A DNA stretch of 64,000 bases. Source: an uncultured delta proteobacterium (lineage in GTDB: Bacteria > Desulfobacterota > Desulfomonilia > UBA1062). The stretch spans positions 235,995 through 299,994 of the forward strand of contig CAWAUM010000012.1 in NCBI GenBank assembly GCA_963785235.1, in the 5' to 3' direction. The notes beneath the pieces were generated by a model. That model worked only from the letters and a program-made list of their open reading frames with translations, was not told the DNA's origin and searched no databases. How positions within the stretch are numbered: the first letter of the stretch is position 1; each line of letters starts with the position of its first letter. Position numbers and translations under genes: made by a program. Below, piece by piece: positions 33,691 through 44,851 of this stretch.

Positions 33691-34424
33691 AAACCCAGAA
33701 CCCCTGCAGCACATGCCATGACAATGCCAGCCGCTACGGCTACGTTCAGTGATTCAGTAGCGCCTTTCATGGGAATGGAAACCGTGTCATAACAGATATC
33801 GAGGATCTCCCTGCTGATGCCTTCGGCCTCCCGGCCTAGACATATGGCCACCTTGGGCTCAAACAGTGCAGGAGAAAGATCCTTGCTGCCCCTGGCAGTA
33901 AGGGCAAGGATGCGGTGGGGAAGCCGCTCCAGATCGCCTGCAGCACAGCGCGCAATCCTGATTCCCAGGCATGAACCCATGGAAGCCCTTACAGCTTTAC
34001 CTGAAAAGGGGCTTGCCGTACCGTTCAAAATGATCATGCCGGAAAATCCGAATGCCTCGGCAGTCCGAACAATGGTGCCGACATTACCTGGGTCCTGGAG
34101 ACCATCCAGGATAACAATCCTCTCCTGATCCATGAGGTCTTCCATATCTGTCCAGGGTACCTGAAAAAAGGCCAGAACACCCTGGGGTGTTTCGGTCTCA
34201 CAGATACCGGCAAAAAGCATGTCGGACATTATGGCATCGGGTGGCAAGGGAAGGCTTTGAACCTCTTCATACCCTTGGGAAACAGCCACCATCCTCGGTT
34301 TAATGCCCCGTTCGAGGGCATCGACCACAAGGCGCTTCCCCTCCAGCAGCATAACCCCCTTGTCTTTCTTGAGGGCAATCAACTCCTTGTAGAGGGGGTT
34401 ATGTCTGCTTGTGAGAGTCTGCAT
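33687..34424 (-). CDS. TrmH/SpoU-family RNA methyltransferase
   Basis: LQDPGNVGTIVRTA, GREAEG, ESLNVAVA. Confidence 0.92.
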   Translation of the reverse strand: MQTLTSRHNPLYKELIALKKDKGVMLLEGKRLVVDALERGIKPRMVAVSQGYEEVQSLPLPPDAIMSDMLFAGICETETPQGVLAFFQVPWTDMEDLMDQERIVILDGLQDPGNVGTIVRTAEAFGFSGMIILNGTASPFSGKAVRASMGSCLGIRIARCAAGDLERLPHRILALTARGSKDLSPALFEPKVAICLGREAEGISREILDICYDTVSIPMKGATESLNVAVAAGIVMACAAGVLGL

Positions 34425-34445
34425 GCATTGCTGTCATCAGGTGCC

Positions 34446-35198
34446 TTACTTCCTTGTCCACATTGAGAGAAAATCAATGGGTATGGGTATGATCGTACTC
34501 GTTGAACCCTGTTCCGATGACATCTCGCGTACGGTCTGGAGATAGCGCAATTGCAGGGCAATAGGCTCCTGAGCCATAAGTGTGGCTGCATCCAGGAGCC
34601 TCTGGGCTGCCTGGAACTCGCCTTCTGCATTGATGACCTTGGCCCTTCTCTCCCTCTCGGCCTCTGCCTGCCTTGCAATGGACCTCTGCATCTCCTCGGG
34701 CAGGTCGATGTTCTTGAGCTCAACCGCAGAGACCTTGATCCCCCAGGGTTCGGTATGCCGGTCAAGGATGGACTGGATCTGGGCGCTCACCTCATCCCGC
34801 TTGGACAGGAGTTCATCGAGCTCTGCCTGGCCGCATACGGAACGCAGCGTGGTCTGGCTGAGCTGGCTTGTTGCATAGAGGTAGTTCTCTACATCAATGA
34901 CCGCCTTCAAGGGATCGATCACCCGGAAATAGATGACGGCGCTCACCTTGACCGTGATATTATCCCTGGTGATGACATCCTGGGGCGGCACGTCCTGGAC
35001 GATGGTCCGTAGCCCAATACGGATGAACCTGTCCACGAGCGGGATAATGATGATGATCCCCGGGCCCTTGGGCGCTCCGAGTACTCGTCCAAGTCTGAAA
35101 ACCACTGCCCGCTCATATTCATTGAGGATCTTGATGGCGGAAAACAGAAAAAGGAGAACAAGGACAACCATGGTGATGACGGCATACCCGGCAATCAT
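34446..35198 (-). CDS. SPFH/stomatin (slipin) family protein
   Basis: [33 protein letters not shown]. Confidence 0.95.
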   Translation of the reverse strand: MIAGYAVITMVVLVLLFLFSAIKILNEYERAVVFRLGRVLGAPKGPGIIIIIPLVDRFIRIGLRTIVQDVPPQDVITRDNITVKVSAVIYFRVIDPLKAVIDVENYLYATSQLSQTTLRSVCGQAELDELLSKRDEVSAQIQSILDRHTEPWGIKVSAVELKNIDLPEEMQRSIARQAEAERERRAKVINAEGEFQAAQRLLDAATLMAQEPIALQLRYLQTVREMSSEQGSTSTIIPIPIDFLSMWTRK

Positions 35199-35228
35199 AG
35201 AACACCTCCTAAAGGGGTTCTGTTACGT

Positions 35229-36881
35229 TTAACCCGACTTACCCGCCTTGAGCGACTTGTCCAGGGAGAGATCATCAAGCAAAGTAAGTTCTTTAAGGCT
35301 CTGCTGCTTGAACCTTGCCAAGACAGGGCCATGAAGCGTTGGCCCGTTTACCGGTTCGAGACGCAAGGGGTTGGTATACTTTCCCCGGTACTGGACCCTG
35401 AAATCGAGATGAGGGCCTGTTGCAATGCCTGTGGCTCCTACATAACCTATCACATCTCCCTGTTCTATATGCCTACCCTTTGTGATCCCTTTTGCAAACC
35501 CTCTGAGATGTCCGTAATGGGTGATATATCCGCCCGGATGTCTGATGGTAATGGCCTTGCCGAATCCCCTTGCCCATCCGGATGCTGTTATCCTGCCCTC
35601 TCCCAGGGCCACCACCGGGGTGCCGGACGGTGCCGCATAATCAACACCAAGATGGGGTCTCCTTACATGGAACACAGGATGAAGACGGTGATGCGAAAAA
35701 CCCGACGAAATGCGGCGGTAATTGAGCGGCGCCTTTAAAAAAAGCTTGCGGATGGGTTTGCCGTGTTCGTCATAATACCCATGCTTGCCTTTGTTGTCGA
35801 AGTAGACAGCCAGGTGCTCTTCACCTTTCACCACAAAGCGGGCGGCAAGGACCCTTCCATAACCCCTGAACCTGTCCTGAACGGAATACTTCTCGTAGAG
35901 AACCGTAAAGGTGTCACCATCTTGTATATCAGTGAAGAAGTTGATGTCCCACCCGAATATGTCGGTAAGATCCATGACGATCTCCGGGCTCAAACCCGAC
36001 TTGACGGCCGATTCATACAGGGAGTTCGTGATGGTCCCTTGAGCCCTTTCAACCGAGGTTTCCAAAGCCCTCGTACGGGTTCTTGCCTTGAAGATACCGT
36101 CCTTGGGGAGCACCTCGAGATAGGTTACCGGGTTGATCTCATAGATGAGCTTCTCCAGCTTTTTGGGAGATTCACCCGTGACCCACACCTTCAAGGGATG
36201 TCCGGGGGTGATGTCGGCAAGATTATACTCTCGTCTGACCGAGGTAAAGAGCCGATGAATCTGTTCATACCTGATTCCGCAGGCACTCAGGAGGTTGAAT
36301 ATGTTGTCGCCGCGCCTTATCTTCAGATCCACCTGCCTCAAGGCATTAATCACAGCGGGGTCCACAATCCGGTCAACCTGCTGTTTCCTGGCTTCGATGT
36401 TATCCCCGTTAATGTTCACCGTGATTCTGCTGAGATCGGCAATCTCATACTCCAGGCCTAATAAAGTCTGGTTATCCTTGCTGAAGTAGAGAATGAACTC
36501 ATTGCCCACAGTGATCTTGGTGAGGTCGTATGCATCTCTGACCCTCTCAATGATATCAAGGGCCTGTCTCTGGGGTATGCCGTTTTCCCTGAGTATTCCA
36601 GTAAAGGTATCGCCCCTTGCAATATTCAGTGATACCCTTTTTGCGTTTTTGAAGGTGTCAGCCTGTAGTACCTGCGCCAGTACGGGTTTGGCAGTCTGCT
36701 GCTCGTTGCCGGTCTGAACAATAAGCGCAGGAGAAGGGCCTGCCTTGGAGGGACCCTGATCGAGGAATGCCCACACTATGCCGGATACTACGGCAGCCAT
36801 GAAGGCTATAAAAAAGAATTTCCTCGGGTTCCTCCCCCTGCTCCCCTGGTAGATGATCTCCCCCTTGTATTCCAAACCCAT
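35229..36881 (-). CDS. M23-family peptidoglycan DD-endopeptidase (MepM-like)
   Basis: N-terminal TM helix, OapA-like region, HLGVDY, YGHL, TGPHLDF. Confidence 0.9.
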   Translation of the reverse strand: MGLEYKGEIIYQGSRGRNPRKFFFIAFMAAVVSGIVWAFLDQGPSKAGPSPALIVQTGNEQQTAKPVLAQVLQADTFKNAKRVSLNIARGDTFTGILRENGIPQRQALDIIERVRDAYDLTKITVGNEFILYFSKDNQTLLGLEYEIADLSRITVNINGDNIEARKQQVDRIVDPAVINALRQVDLKIRRGDNIFNLLSACGIRYEQIHRLFTSVRREYNLADITPGHPLKVWVTGESPKKLEKLIYEINPVTYLEVLPKDGIFKARTRTRALETSVERAQGTITNSLYESAVKSGLSPEIVMDLTDIFGWDINFFTDIQDGDTFTVLYEKYSVQDRFRGYGRVLAARFVVKGEEHLAVYFDNKGKHGYYDEHGKPIRKLFLKAPLNYRRISSGFSHHRLHPVFHVRRPHLGVDYAAPSGTPVVALGEGRITASGWARGFGKAITIRHPGGYITHYGHLRGFAKGITKGRHIEQGDVIGYVGATGIATGPHLDFRVQYRGKYTNPLRLEPVNGPTLHGPVLARFKQQSLKELTLLDDLSLDKSLKAGKSG

Positions 36882-36945
36882 GGTTAGCGCCCTTTATAAA
36901 AGGATTTTCTTGCCATATCAAGCCATTTTGTCTTTTATAGTAGCT

Positions 36946-37596
36946 GTGTATATATTCGTTGCCGATATCCATCTCAGGTCAGGCTCGAAAAAAGAAGCCG
37001 GGAGATTCATATCCTGGCTTTTGAAGGCCCTTTTGGATGCCGATGCCATCTACATCCTGGGCGATCTTTTCGATTACTGGTATACTGGGCTCGGGTCCCA
37101 ATTCCAAGATGTGCTCGAAGCCATCCAATCTCCTAAGGTCCACTTGTTGCCGGGCAACCGAGACTTCCTTCTGAATAACTCCAAACAGAAAGGCATCGAC
37201 ATTATCCATGCTGAGGAGACTGTCATCACCCTGTATGGTTCCAGGATACTGCTGGCCCATGGACATACCCTCACTGAGGCTGACACCGGATTCAAGCTGC
37301 TGCATCGGTATGGTTGGCCTGCATTGGAACACCTGGACCGCTTGCTCTCCGTAACCTTGAAGGACCGCTGTGCCCGCTCGCTGGTCAAATCCTCTGCCAT
37401 GGTCAGACCTTCACTGTCGAATATCCGGGAAGGAATACATACCGAAAAGGGGGTTGATACGGTTATATGCGGCCACCTGCATAGGCATATCACAGAGCCG
37501 GGCCTCATCGTTCTGCCCGCCTTTTATGACGGCGGGTCATGGCTTGAGTGGGATGAATCGGGCCCCCGCCTGAAGTCCTCATTAGTCGGGGGATAA
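36946..37596 (+). CDS. lpxH: UDP-2,3-diacylglucosamine hydrolase-like metallophosphoesterase
   Basis: ADIHL, LGDLFDYW, GNRDF, HGH, GHLH. Confidence 0.75.
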   Translation: MYIFVADIHLRSGSKKEAGRFISWLLKALLDADAIYILGDLFDYWYTGLGSQFQDVLEAIQSPKVHLLPGNRDFLLNNSKQKGIDIIHAEETVITLYGSRILLAHGHTLTEADTGFKLLHRYGWPALEHLDRLLSVTLKDRCARSLVKSSAMVRPSLSNIREGIHTEKGVDTVICGHLHRHITEPGLIVLPAFYDGGSWLEWDESGPRLKSSLVGG

Positions 37597-37608
37597 AGGT
37601 CTGTACCC

Positions 37609-38766
37609 CTATCCCGACAGCACCATCTTGGCCAGGATGGGTGCGGCGATAAAAACGCCCATGGTGCTCCCCAGGTTTGCGAACGTCACCACCAGCAGGA
37701 TCCTGGTGATGGGGTTTCTGTACCAGCCGCTGAACTTGAGGATGTCTTCGTGGATAGTCTGGAAATCCGAGACCTTGGGCTTTTTCAGATATGCCTCGCT
37801 CAAACCGGCAAACCAGCCTGATGCAAGGGCCGGATGGAGCGTGGTCATGGGTGCGACAACTGCGGCAACAAGCACGGTAATGGGGTGGGCAAGGGCGAGG
37901 ATCGTGGCCAGTGCGGTGCAGACCATGGTGGTAATGACCCATAGCTTGATCATGTCAATGCCCTGCTTGGATCCGCCGAAGAAGAATCCTGTCAGAACCA
38001 GGGCCAGGATGATCGTGGGCAGAATCCATTTCATCACACTGTCTTTTTTTTCAGGGACTTCTTCGAGCCTGGCAATGTCTACCACCGGATGTTCGATCTG
38101 AGAGAGGATTCCCTTCATGTGTCCGGCGCCGATAACGCCCACGACCCTGCTTGATGAGGAGATGTCCGCTATCTTCCTGGCCATGTAGGCATCGCGTTCA
38201 TCAATGAGGACCTCCTTGATGGTGGGAGCATACTTGGCCATCTCTTCGACCGCAGTGGTCAGGACATCCATCTCCTTGAGCTTTTCAATATCCTTTTCGG
38301 TTAGTTCTTCCACCTCAAAGATGGAGAGCGTGGCGCCGTAAAGCAGCTTCATTTTCTCCCAGAAGCCAAGTCCCCTCCATACGCGCGCCAGGGTTATCTG
38401 GACGTTCCTGTCCACGAGCACAACCTCGATACCGTTTGCCTCGGCCTCTTCTATGGCTGCCCTCATCTCATCGCCGGGCTTCACCCCGAGCTTCTGGCCG
38501 ATACGCCTCTGGAAGGAAGACATCACGAGGTTCGCCATTAAAAATGCAGTCTTCTTCTCCTTGATGACCTTGAAGATATCCATGTTCTGCCAGGCTAAAG
38601 GATTCTTCATCACATCATACCGGGCCTGACAGAGTTCCACTGCCACGGCATTGGGCCTTTCCTCCAAGATGGTGGACCTGACCTCCTCAACCGATGCCTT
38701 TGAGACATGGGCTGTTCCAACCATGATAACCTCTTTATCCCCTAACTGTATTCTCTCAGACGACAT
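37609..38766 (-). CDS. TraB/GumN (pheromone shutdown) family protein
   Basis: VGTAHVS, VAVELC, LIDERDAYMA, GAGH, C-terminal TM helices. Confidence 0.9.
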   Translation of the reverse strand: MSSERIQLGDKEVIMVGTAHVSKASVEEVRSTILEERPNAVAVELCQARYDVMKNPLAWQNMDIFKVIKEKKTAFLMANLVMSSFQRRIGQKLGVKPGDEMRAAIEEAEANGIEVVLVDRNVQITLARVWRGLGFWEKMKLLYGATLSIFEVEELTEKDIEKLKEMDVLTTAVEEMAKYAPTIKEVLIDERDAYMARKIADISSSSRVVGVIGAGHMKGILSQIEHPVVDIARLEEVPEKKDSVMKWILPTIILALVLTGFFFGGSKQGIDMIKLWVITTMVCTALATILALAHPITVLVAAVVAPMTTLHPALASGWFAGLSEAYLKKPKVSDFQTIHEDILKFSGWYRNPITRILLVVTFANLGSTMGVFIAAPILAKMVLSG

Positions 38767-38805
38767 GTTGTTCCTCTCTCCATGATGCTGACTGCTTAAA
38801 ATCGA

Positions 38806-39306
38806 TCACCTCTTGAAAAAGACAAGCTCTTTGAGCTCCTTTCTCTTGGAACTGATAAATAACGGTTCGGCCGGATAACCCAGTGCAATCACGGCCATGA
38901 GCTCAAAGGGCCCAGGCGCTTCAAGAATAATCTTGAATTCTTTCTCGCTTTTCAGGATCTCTCCCAGCCACACACCGCCAAGCCCCAGCGAGTGTATTGC
39001 AAGGAGCATGTTCTGGATGCACGCCCCGACGGCCTGCACGTCCTTGGTATGGTGATAGCTTGTTTCCGTATCAAGGAAGACCGCAATGAGCACATCTGCG
39101 CCCTTGATGGTCTTGCTGTAGCGGGTCAAACCGCTTACCATGTCCTTGAGATTCTTATCCCTGATAACGGCAAATCGCCATGGCTGGTTATTCATCCCTG
39201 AGGGTGCAAACCTGCCCGCGTCCAGGATCTGTTCAATCAGGTCATCTGCCACGACGTTGTCGGTAAAGGTCCTGATGCTCCTGCGGGTCTTGATGAGGTC
39301 AAGCAT
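38806..39306 (-). CDS. Nitroreductase family protein
   Basis: RRSIR, APSGMNNQPW, GLGGVW, IALGYP. Confidence 0.92.
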   Translation of the reverse strand: MLDLIKTRRSIRTFTDNVVADDLIEQILDAGRFAPSGMNNQPWRFAVIRDKNLKDMVSGLTRYSKTIKGADVLIAVFLDTETSYHHTKDVQAVGACIQNMLLAIHSLGLGGVWLGEILKSEKEFKIILEAPGPFELMAVIALGYPAEPLFISSKRKELKELVFFKR

Positions 39307-40415
39307 GCGTGCCTTCCTTGGTTGAAGCAGCGGTTATGAGATATGCATCGATAAATGCCGTGATGTCGCCGTCCAGCACCGCACTGACATTGCCCACCTC
39401 GAAGTTGGTGCGGTGGTCTTTCACGAGCTGGTAGGGCTGCATGACATAGGAGCGTATCTGTGAGCCCCAGGCAATATCCTTTTTCCCCCTGGAAAATTCG
39501 TTCATGCGTTCTTTCTGTTTCATTTCTTCGAGTTCATAGAGCTTGCTTGCCAGCAGCTTCATGGCAAAGGCCTTGTTCTTATGCTGAGAGCGCTCGTTCT
39601 GGCACTGGACAACGGTGTTGGTGGGCACGTGCGTAATCCTCACCGCCGAGTCGGTCTTGTTCACGTGCTGGCCCCCATGACCTGAAGCACGGTATGTGTC
39701 GATCCGCAGGTCCTTTTCATCAATGTTGATGTCGATGCTCTGGTCCACCTCGGGTGTAGTGAGCACAGAGGCAAAAGAAGTGTGCCTTCTCTTGTTCGCA
39801 TCAAAGGGCGATATGCGAACCAGCCTGTGGACCCCGGTCTCTCCCTTGAGGTAGCCGAAGGCCCATTGGCCCGATATCTCAACGGTTGCCTGTTTGATGC
39901 CTGCCTCCTCGTCGGAGGATATGTCTATGATCCGCGCAGTGTACCCGTTCATCTCCGCCCACCTGATGTACATGCGGAGCAGCATCTCCGCCCAGTCCTG
40001 AGCTTCAAGACCGCCGGCCCCTGCATGGATCTCCAGGAAGGCGCTCTTGGTATCATCCTTGCCTGATAGAACATGAGCCTTCTCGCTGGCATTGATATAC
40101 TTTTCGAGCTGTGAAATGGTGTCTGTGATATCAGCGATAACACCCTGCTCGTCTTCCTTGGCAAGTTCCATGAGTACCTGCAGATCATCCCAGAGGGTCG
40201 ATACGGTATTCCATTGCGAGAATATTCCGGTGATGCCTGATTTTTCCGACTGGAGGTCCCTTGTCTTGCCTGTGTCTTTCCAGATTTCCGGCTGGGTCAG
40301 GAGAGAGTCTATCTCAGAAAGCCTTTTTTCACGTGAGGGTATTTCAAAGATACCCCCTCATGGCAATAATGCGTTCGCCTATTTCTTCTATCTTTTGCTG
40401 GTAGTCTGCTATCAT
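39299..40415 (-). CDS. prfB: Peptide chain release factor 2, programmed +1 frameshift
   Basis: SPF and GGQ motifs; short first frame from ATG 40415 ends in AGGGGG-TAT-CTT-TGA; the +1 frame is continuous with the 39299-40171 ORF. Confidence 0.95.
40343..40358 (-). promoter_or_regulatory. prfB autoregulatory frameshift site
   Basis: Internal SD AGGGGG, 3 nt, then CTT TGA A. Confidence 0.9.
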
Positions 40416-41941
40416 GGGACCTTGGGTTTAGCACCCGCAAATAGCATTGTCAATGCCGCGATGATTGATGCCGCAGCCCACATAAGCGCCACAACCGGGC
40501 CGTATCTTACATAGAAGCTTAAATAATCGATCTTTTTTATATCACAGACAATCATACCCTCTTTGAGCAGCCCTATGCGGTCCACCACCTTACCTTGCGG
40601 GTCGATGACAGCGGATATCCCGTGGTTCACTGCACGCACCAGCCACCTCCTTGTTTCGATGGCTCTGAAGCAGGCGAACTGGAGGTGCTGCTCTGAGGTT
40701 GACCAGGTCTTGAACCAGGCATCGTTGGACATGTTCACCAGGACCCGTGCGCCTTGTTTGCAGAGCTGCCTGGAGATGTCCGGGAAGATACTCTCAAAGC
40801 AGATGAATACACCGATATCCTCTATGGGTTCCACCTTTGTCCCGGTGCTGAAGTCACCCACCTGTGCAGTGAGGCCATTAAAATACTCTCTCAAGAGACC
40901 TGCAAAGGGCAGGTATTCACCAAAGGGGACAAGATGCATCTTGTCGTATGATCCCATAATCTTTCCACTGCGGAGCAGATATGCCCGGTTGAAGAATCTG
41001 CCGTCCTCATAGGCCGGGCTCCCCACAAGCAGGTCTGACTGGTTTGCCATGCTTAGCTTCAAAACACGCCATGTCTGTGTCCAGTGCCGGAAGAGATAGA
41101 AGGTGCATGCCGTCTCAGGCCAGGCAACGAGCTGGGCCTTCTTATCAATGGCCTGCTGGGTGAGCGATAAATAGGTATCCAGTGTTGCATCCACCTGCTC
41201 CTTTCGCCACTTCTGGTCCTGGGGGACATTGGCCTGTGCCGCCGCTATTCTGAAGGGGGTGCCTTCAAAGGGGCCATTACTGATTCGCCACTGCCCGAAG
41301 CCGGCACAAAAAATAACCAGGCCCGCAGCGATTGCTACAGGGGCATACTGTTTCTTCATGGCCTGATAAATGGCTACATTGCCTGTCATGACAACGGTGC
41401 TCACCAGGAACACGCCGCCGAGCTCAGCAACCTGGACAAAGGCGGTAAACGGGAGTTGGGAATGGCCAAGCAGGGCCCAGGGAAAGCCTGAAAAGATAGT
41501 ATAGGAGCGCATCAGCTCTAAGGCAACCCATAATCCCGGCAGGATGAGGAATGCGAATCTGTTTTTGAGAAACCTGGATGCAGCCCAGGCAAAGGCACCG
41601 AAGTACAGAGACAGATAGGCAAGGAGCAATAGGAGCAATAAGATTGCGGTGAACAGGCCCATGCCGCCATAGGTGCTCATGACCAGAGCGATCCAGTAGA
41701 CTACACCCGCCCAGGCAATGAGACCGGATATCATTCCGGAAAAGAAGGCCCTGCTCTGATTAACATCCTCTATAGAGAACAGGAGCGGCACCACGAAGAT
41801 CCAAGCCAGGGGCCAGAGGTCGAAAAAAGGGAAGGCAAGCGCATAGAGGATGCCCGTAAGCACAGGCATTAGGACCGGTTTCAGCAAAGACTTGAGGTAA
41901 ATCCCCCCGGATGTCTTCTTACTCGTCTCGGTTTGCTTCAA
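40412..41941 (-). CDS. lnt: Apolipoprotein N-acyltransferase
   Basis: GFPW, WPE, YDKMHLVPFGEY, ICFE, SNDAWF, RAIE. Confidence 0.95.
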   Translation of the reverse strand: MKQTETSKKTSGGIYLKSLLKPVLMPVLTGILYALAFPFFDLWPLAWIFVVPLLFSIEDVNQSRAFFSGMISGLIAWAGVVYWIALVMSTYGGMGLFTAILLLLLLLAYLSLYFGAFAWAASRFLKNRFAFLILPGLWVALELMRSYTIFSGFPWALLGHSQLPFTAFVQVAELGGVFLVSTVVMTGNVAIYQAMKKQYAPVAIAAGLVIFCAGFGQWRISNGPFEGTPFRIAAAQANVPQDQKWRKEQVDATLDTYLSLTQQAIDKKAQLVAWPETACTFYLFRHWTQTWRVLKLSMANQSDLLVGSPAYEDGRFFNRAYLLRSGKIMGSYDKMHLVPFGEYLPFAGLLREYFNGLTAQVGDFSTGTKVEPIEDIGVFICFESIFPDISRQLCKQGARVLVNMSNDAWFKTWSTSEQHLQFACFRAIETRRWLVRAVNHGISAVIDPQGKVVDRIGLLKEGMIVCDIKKIDYLSFYVRYGPVVALMWAAASIIAALTMLFAGAKPKVP

Positions 41942-42801
41942 TCTTCTTTCCTCAAGGGGGCATGGACCACAAGTTTATGGATTCTTCTCTTGTCAGCACC
42001 AACGATCTCAAAGACCAGCTGTTCATACTCGAGCTTCTCTCCAGGCTTGGGTATACGCTCCATTTGCGAGGTGATGAATCCGGCCACCGTGTCGTAATCA
42101 CCGTCAGGTATCTTTATTTCAAAGGCCTCGGAAAACTCATCGATAGGCGTCATGGGGTCGACGGCATACATACCGTCGCCTTTATGCACGATGTATTCTT
42201 CGATCTCATCCCCCTCCTCGCCTATCATGTCACCCACGATCTCCTCCATGAGGTCGGCGATGGTGATGAGCCCGTCCACACTGCCGTATTCATCAATGAT
42301 GATGGCGATCTTGGTCCGTTTTTCCCTGAACTCGTTTAAAAGATCGATGAGCTTCTTACCCTCGGGGATGAAGAAGGGTGCGTGCATGAGCTGCCTGATG
42401 TCCTTGATCTCATCACGGGAGTTCCAGTATTTGAGCATGTCCTTGGCATAGACGATGCCTACTATGTTGTCCAGGCTGTCTTCATAGACCGGTATCCTGG
42501 AATAGCCTTCTCTGGTAAAAATATCGGCAAGCTCATTCAATGTGGCGGTGCTCGGCAGGGCAACGATATCGCCTTTGGGCACCATAACCTCGCCTGCAGA
42601 GGTGTCCTTGAGCACAAGGATATTCTGGATCATGTCCCCCTGATCCTCGTCCAGGTTACCCTTTCCCTCCACCTCATCGAGGATCTTCTCGATCTGCCTC
42701 TTGGTATCCGAGGCGCCCATAACATCCTTGGCCCTGGTGAAGAAGACCCACAGGCGCTTCAGCAGATTGTCCGTTTGCTCGTTCTCGTCATTACTGCCCA
42801 A
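41938..42801 (-). CDS. corC: CorC/HlyC-family CBS-domain protein
   Basis: YSRIPVY, IDEYG, DLMEEIVG, DTVAGF; precedes lnt. Confidence 0.85.
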   Translation of the reverse strand: MGSNDENEQTDNLLKRLWVFFTRAKDVMGASDTKRQIEKILDEVEGKGNLDEDQGDMIQNILVLKDTSAGEVMVPKGDIVALPSTATLNELADIFTREGYSRIPVYEDSLDNIVGIVYAKDMLKYWNSRDEIKDIRQLMHAPFFIPEGKKLIDLLNEFREKRTKIAIIIDEYGSVDGLITIADLMEEIVGDMIGEEGDEIEEYIVHKGDGMYAVDPMTPIDEFSEAFEIKIPDGDYDTVAGFITSQMERIPKPGEKLEYEQLVFEIVGADKRRIHKLVVHAPLRKED

Positions 42802-43118
42802 TTCTAAAAACTCCTTTGTTTCATGGCTTCAGATCCCTATTTCTATCGGAAACACAACAAACAGTCAATGAAGGGTGATAAGAGGCATGATGGAGCGTTA
42901 GATTCATATGTATTAGCTACATCTTGATCTTATACCCTGAAGCTGAAGAGGCTGGTAGGTAGGCTTCTTGATCTATTATAACCAACTGAAATTAAAAATT
43001 AAAAAGATATAAGCATTTCTATTGTTGCTTTAAAAACCATAGTATGTGATAGTTGAAAACTATTCAAAATAATTCACCTAATCTCAGCTAAGGCCAAGAA
43101 CTAAACTAAGGAGAACAA

Positions 43119-43250
43119 ATGATGAAAAAACTTTGCCTGATCCTTACGTTGGCAATTATGCTTACTATCCCTATCCTGGAGTTTTTTGTGAGCCCTACGT
43201 GAAAGCCTCTAAAAACGGATTTGATTATTTACCTGCGGCCACACCTTGAT
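43119..43250 (+). pseudogene. Remnant of a small secreted protein gene
   Basis: AAGGAG RBS and signal-peptide-like MMKKLCLILTLAIML, then an early stop. Confidence 0.3.
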
Positions 43251-43529
43251 CCCGAAATAGCTGCCATCCATGAAGGTACATTGATAGATATTCAAATGAA
43301 AATGTATAATTTTTCCACTAAGCATAGATATAATTCATCTAATAAATTACCTATAGTTCTTCAAAGTAGATCTGATAACTACTAGATTTAAAAAGATAGA
43401 ATAATGCTAAGCATCAAGTTATATGCTTATCATGTTATAAAATGATCATTACCAGGCTCGGCACTATGAAAAGGATAATAAACATCATCGGCAGTTTTTC
43501 CATAAGATTGTCTGGTATTCATCATGAAG

Positions 43530-43956
43530 CAGCTCACGCCCTTTCGCTCCACTTCCATTACATTTCTTCACTACGGTACGGGCTGATCGCCCTTGCAGCT
43601 CGCATCGGTTCGTCTTCCTGTGTCCTCCATTTGGACTTCTTCCTTGCATCAGACACCATTCCCACGTTCCGCATGAAAGCCTGTATCAGGCTCGCGCCAC
43701 CTTTCTGCCGGCCACCATCTGGGCAGTAAACAGAGTTCCCCCACACTCTATCCCCGATAACAAACCCGTTTCGATGACTCTGTATCTTTTCGACAGCTCA
43801 TCAGTGGTTCACTCTACGTTCGCCTTCCCTGGTCCGTACCTGATCCAAGATCTTGCCTCGCCTTTTCCTGGTCCGCATCACACCTGGGACTACCTTACAG
43901 CAAAATATCCGGTCCACGTGCCGCATCTATGGCTTGGTGCAACCTTCGTGGCGCAC
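43530..43956 (-). mobile_element. Degenerate group II intron fragment (domains I-III, internal deletion, no DV/DVI)
   Basis: Starts GTGCGCCACGAAGG; long stretches nearly identical to 57512-58023; retains EBS1 GTTATCG; 5' exon ends CTGCGATAAC. Confidence 0.85.
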
Positions 43957-44071
43957 GTTATCGCAGAGACCTCTAAGTTTTGACATACCTATTCTGTCAT
44001 AATTTTACCGCTTATTGAAGTCTGGTACAGTCCATAAGGGGGTCACTGTAAAACAGTCACTCTCTATTTCA

Positions 44072-44851
44072 CTAGGGGTTGTAGCATGGATCTGGACAAG
44101 ATACTCTGACTGCTGCTTCCACGCGGCGATTCTTTTGTCTTCCTTCTTTGGTATTATTATCTTCAACAGGTCTGGTCTCACCATAACCTTTAGCATCCAA
44201 GCGGGATGCATCGATTCCCAATATTGCCACCAGAAAGTTCTTCACGCTATCGGCCCGTTTCTGGGAGAGCGTCATGTTGAGGTCATCAGTGCCGACACTG
44301 TCCGTATGTCCTTCAATCATCACCTTTAGGTTGGGATACTTCCTCATGATATCGGCCAATTCAGCCAACTCAGCAAAATATTGATCTTTCACCACAGCCT
44401 TATTGGTATCGAATTGAATATTCAACGTGGCACGGCCTTTTTCTACAAGAGCTTTTTCTTTTTCTGTTGGTGTTGGAGCTGGAGCTGGTGCCGGCTGAGG
44501 AGTTGGAGGAGGCGTTGCAGCTATTTTTTCTGCCTTTGGAAGTATCCTAATAGCAGGAGCACCAAAAACTTGGTGACAATCTTCATTATTACATATAATT
44601 GCATTGGCACCATTCTGCGCAGCTACTTTTTGCATAAGCTTAATAAGATCATACTGGGTGTCCAAAGCTCCATCAACTGAGACTATTCCAATTACTTCAT
44701 AGTTTACACCATTTAGAGGCGTATCGAGAATCTTAACATCTCCATTATATGGAGGATATGTCGTTCCTGATTTTACAAATGTAGCAGTAGCGCATCCATA
44801 GAGAGCTAAAATTACGATTATGGTGATCATAGTCAAGACTACATGTTTCAT
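44072..44851 (-). CDS. OmpA-family lipoprotein
   Basis: Lipobox LYGC, Pro-rich linker, IEGHTDSVG, LSQKRA, NRRVE; the C-terminus may extend to 44005 by a frameshift. Confidence 0.88.
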   Translation of the reverse strand: MKHVVLTMITIIVILALYGCATATFVKSGTTYPPYNGDVKILDTPLNGVNYEVIGIVSVDGALDTQYDLIKLMQKVAAQNGANAIICNNEDCHQVFGAPAIRILPKAEKIAATPPPTPQPAPAPAPTPTEKEKALVEKGRATLNIQFDTNKAVVKDQYFAELAELADIMRKYPNLKVMIEGHTDSVGTDDLNMTLSQKRADSVKNFLVAILGIDASRLDAKGYGETRPVEDNNTKEGRQKNRRVEAAVRVSCPDPCYNP

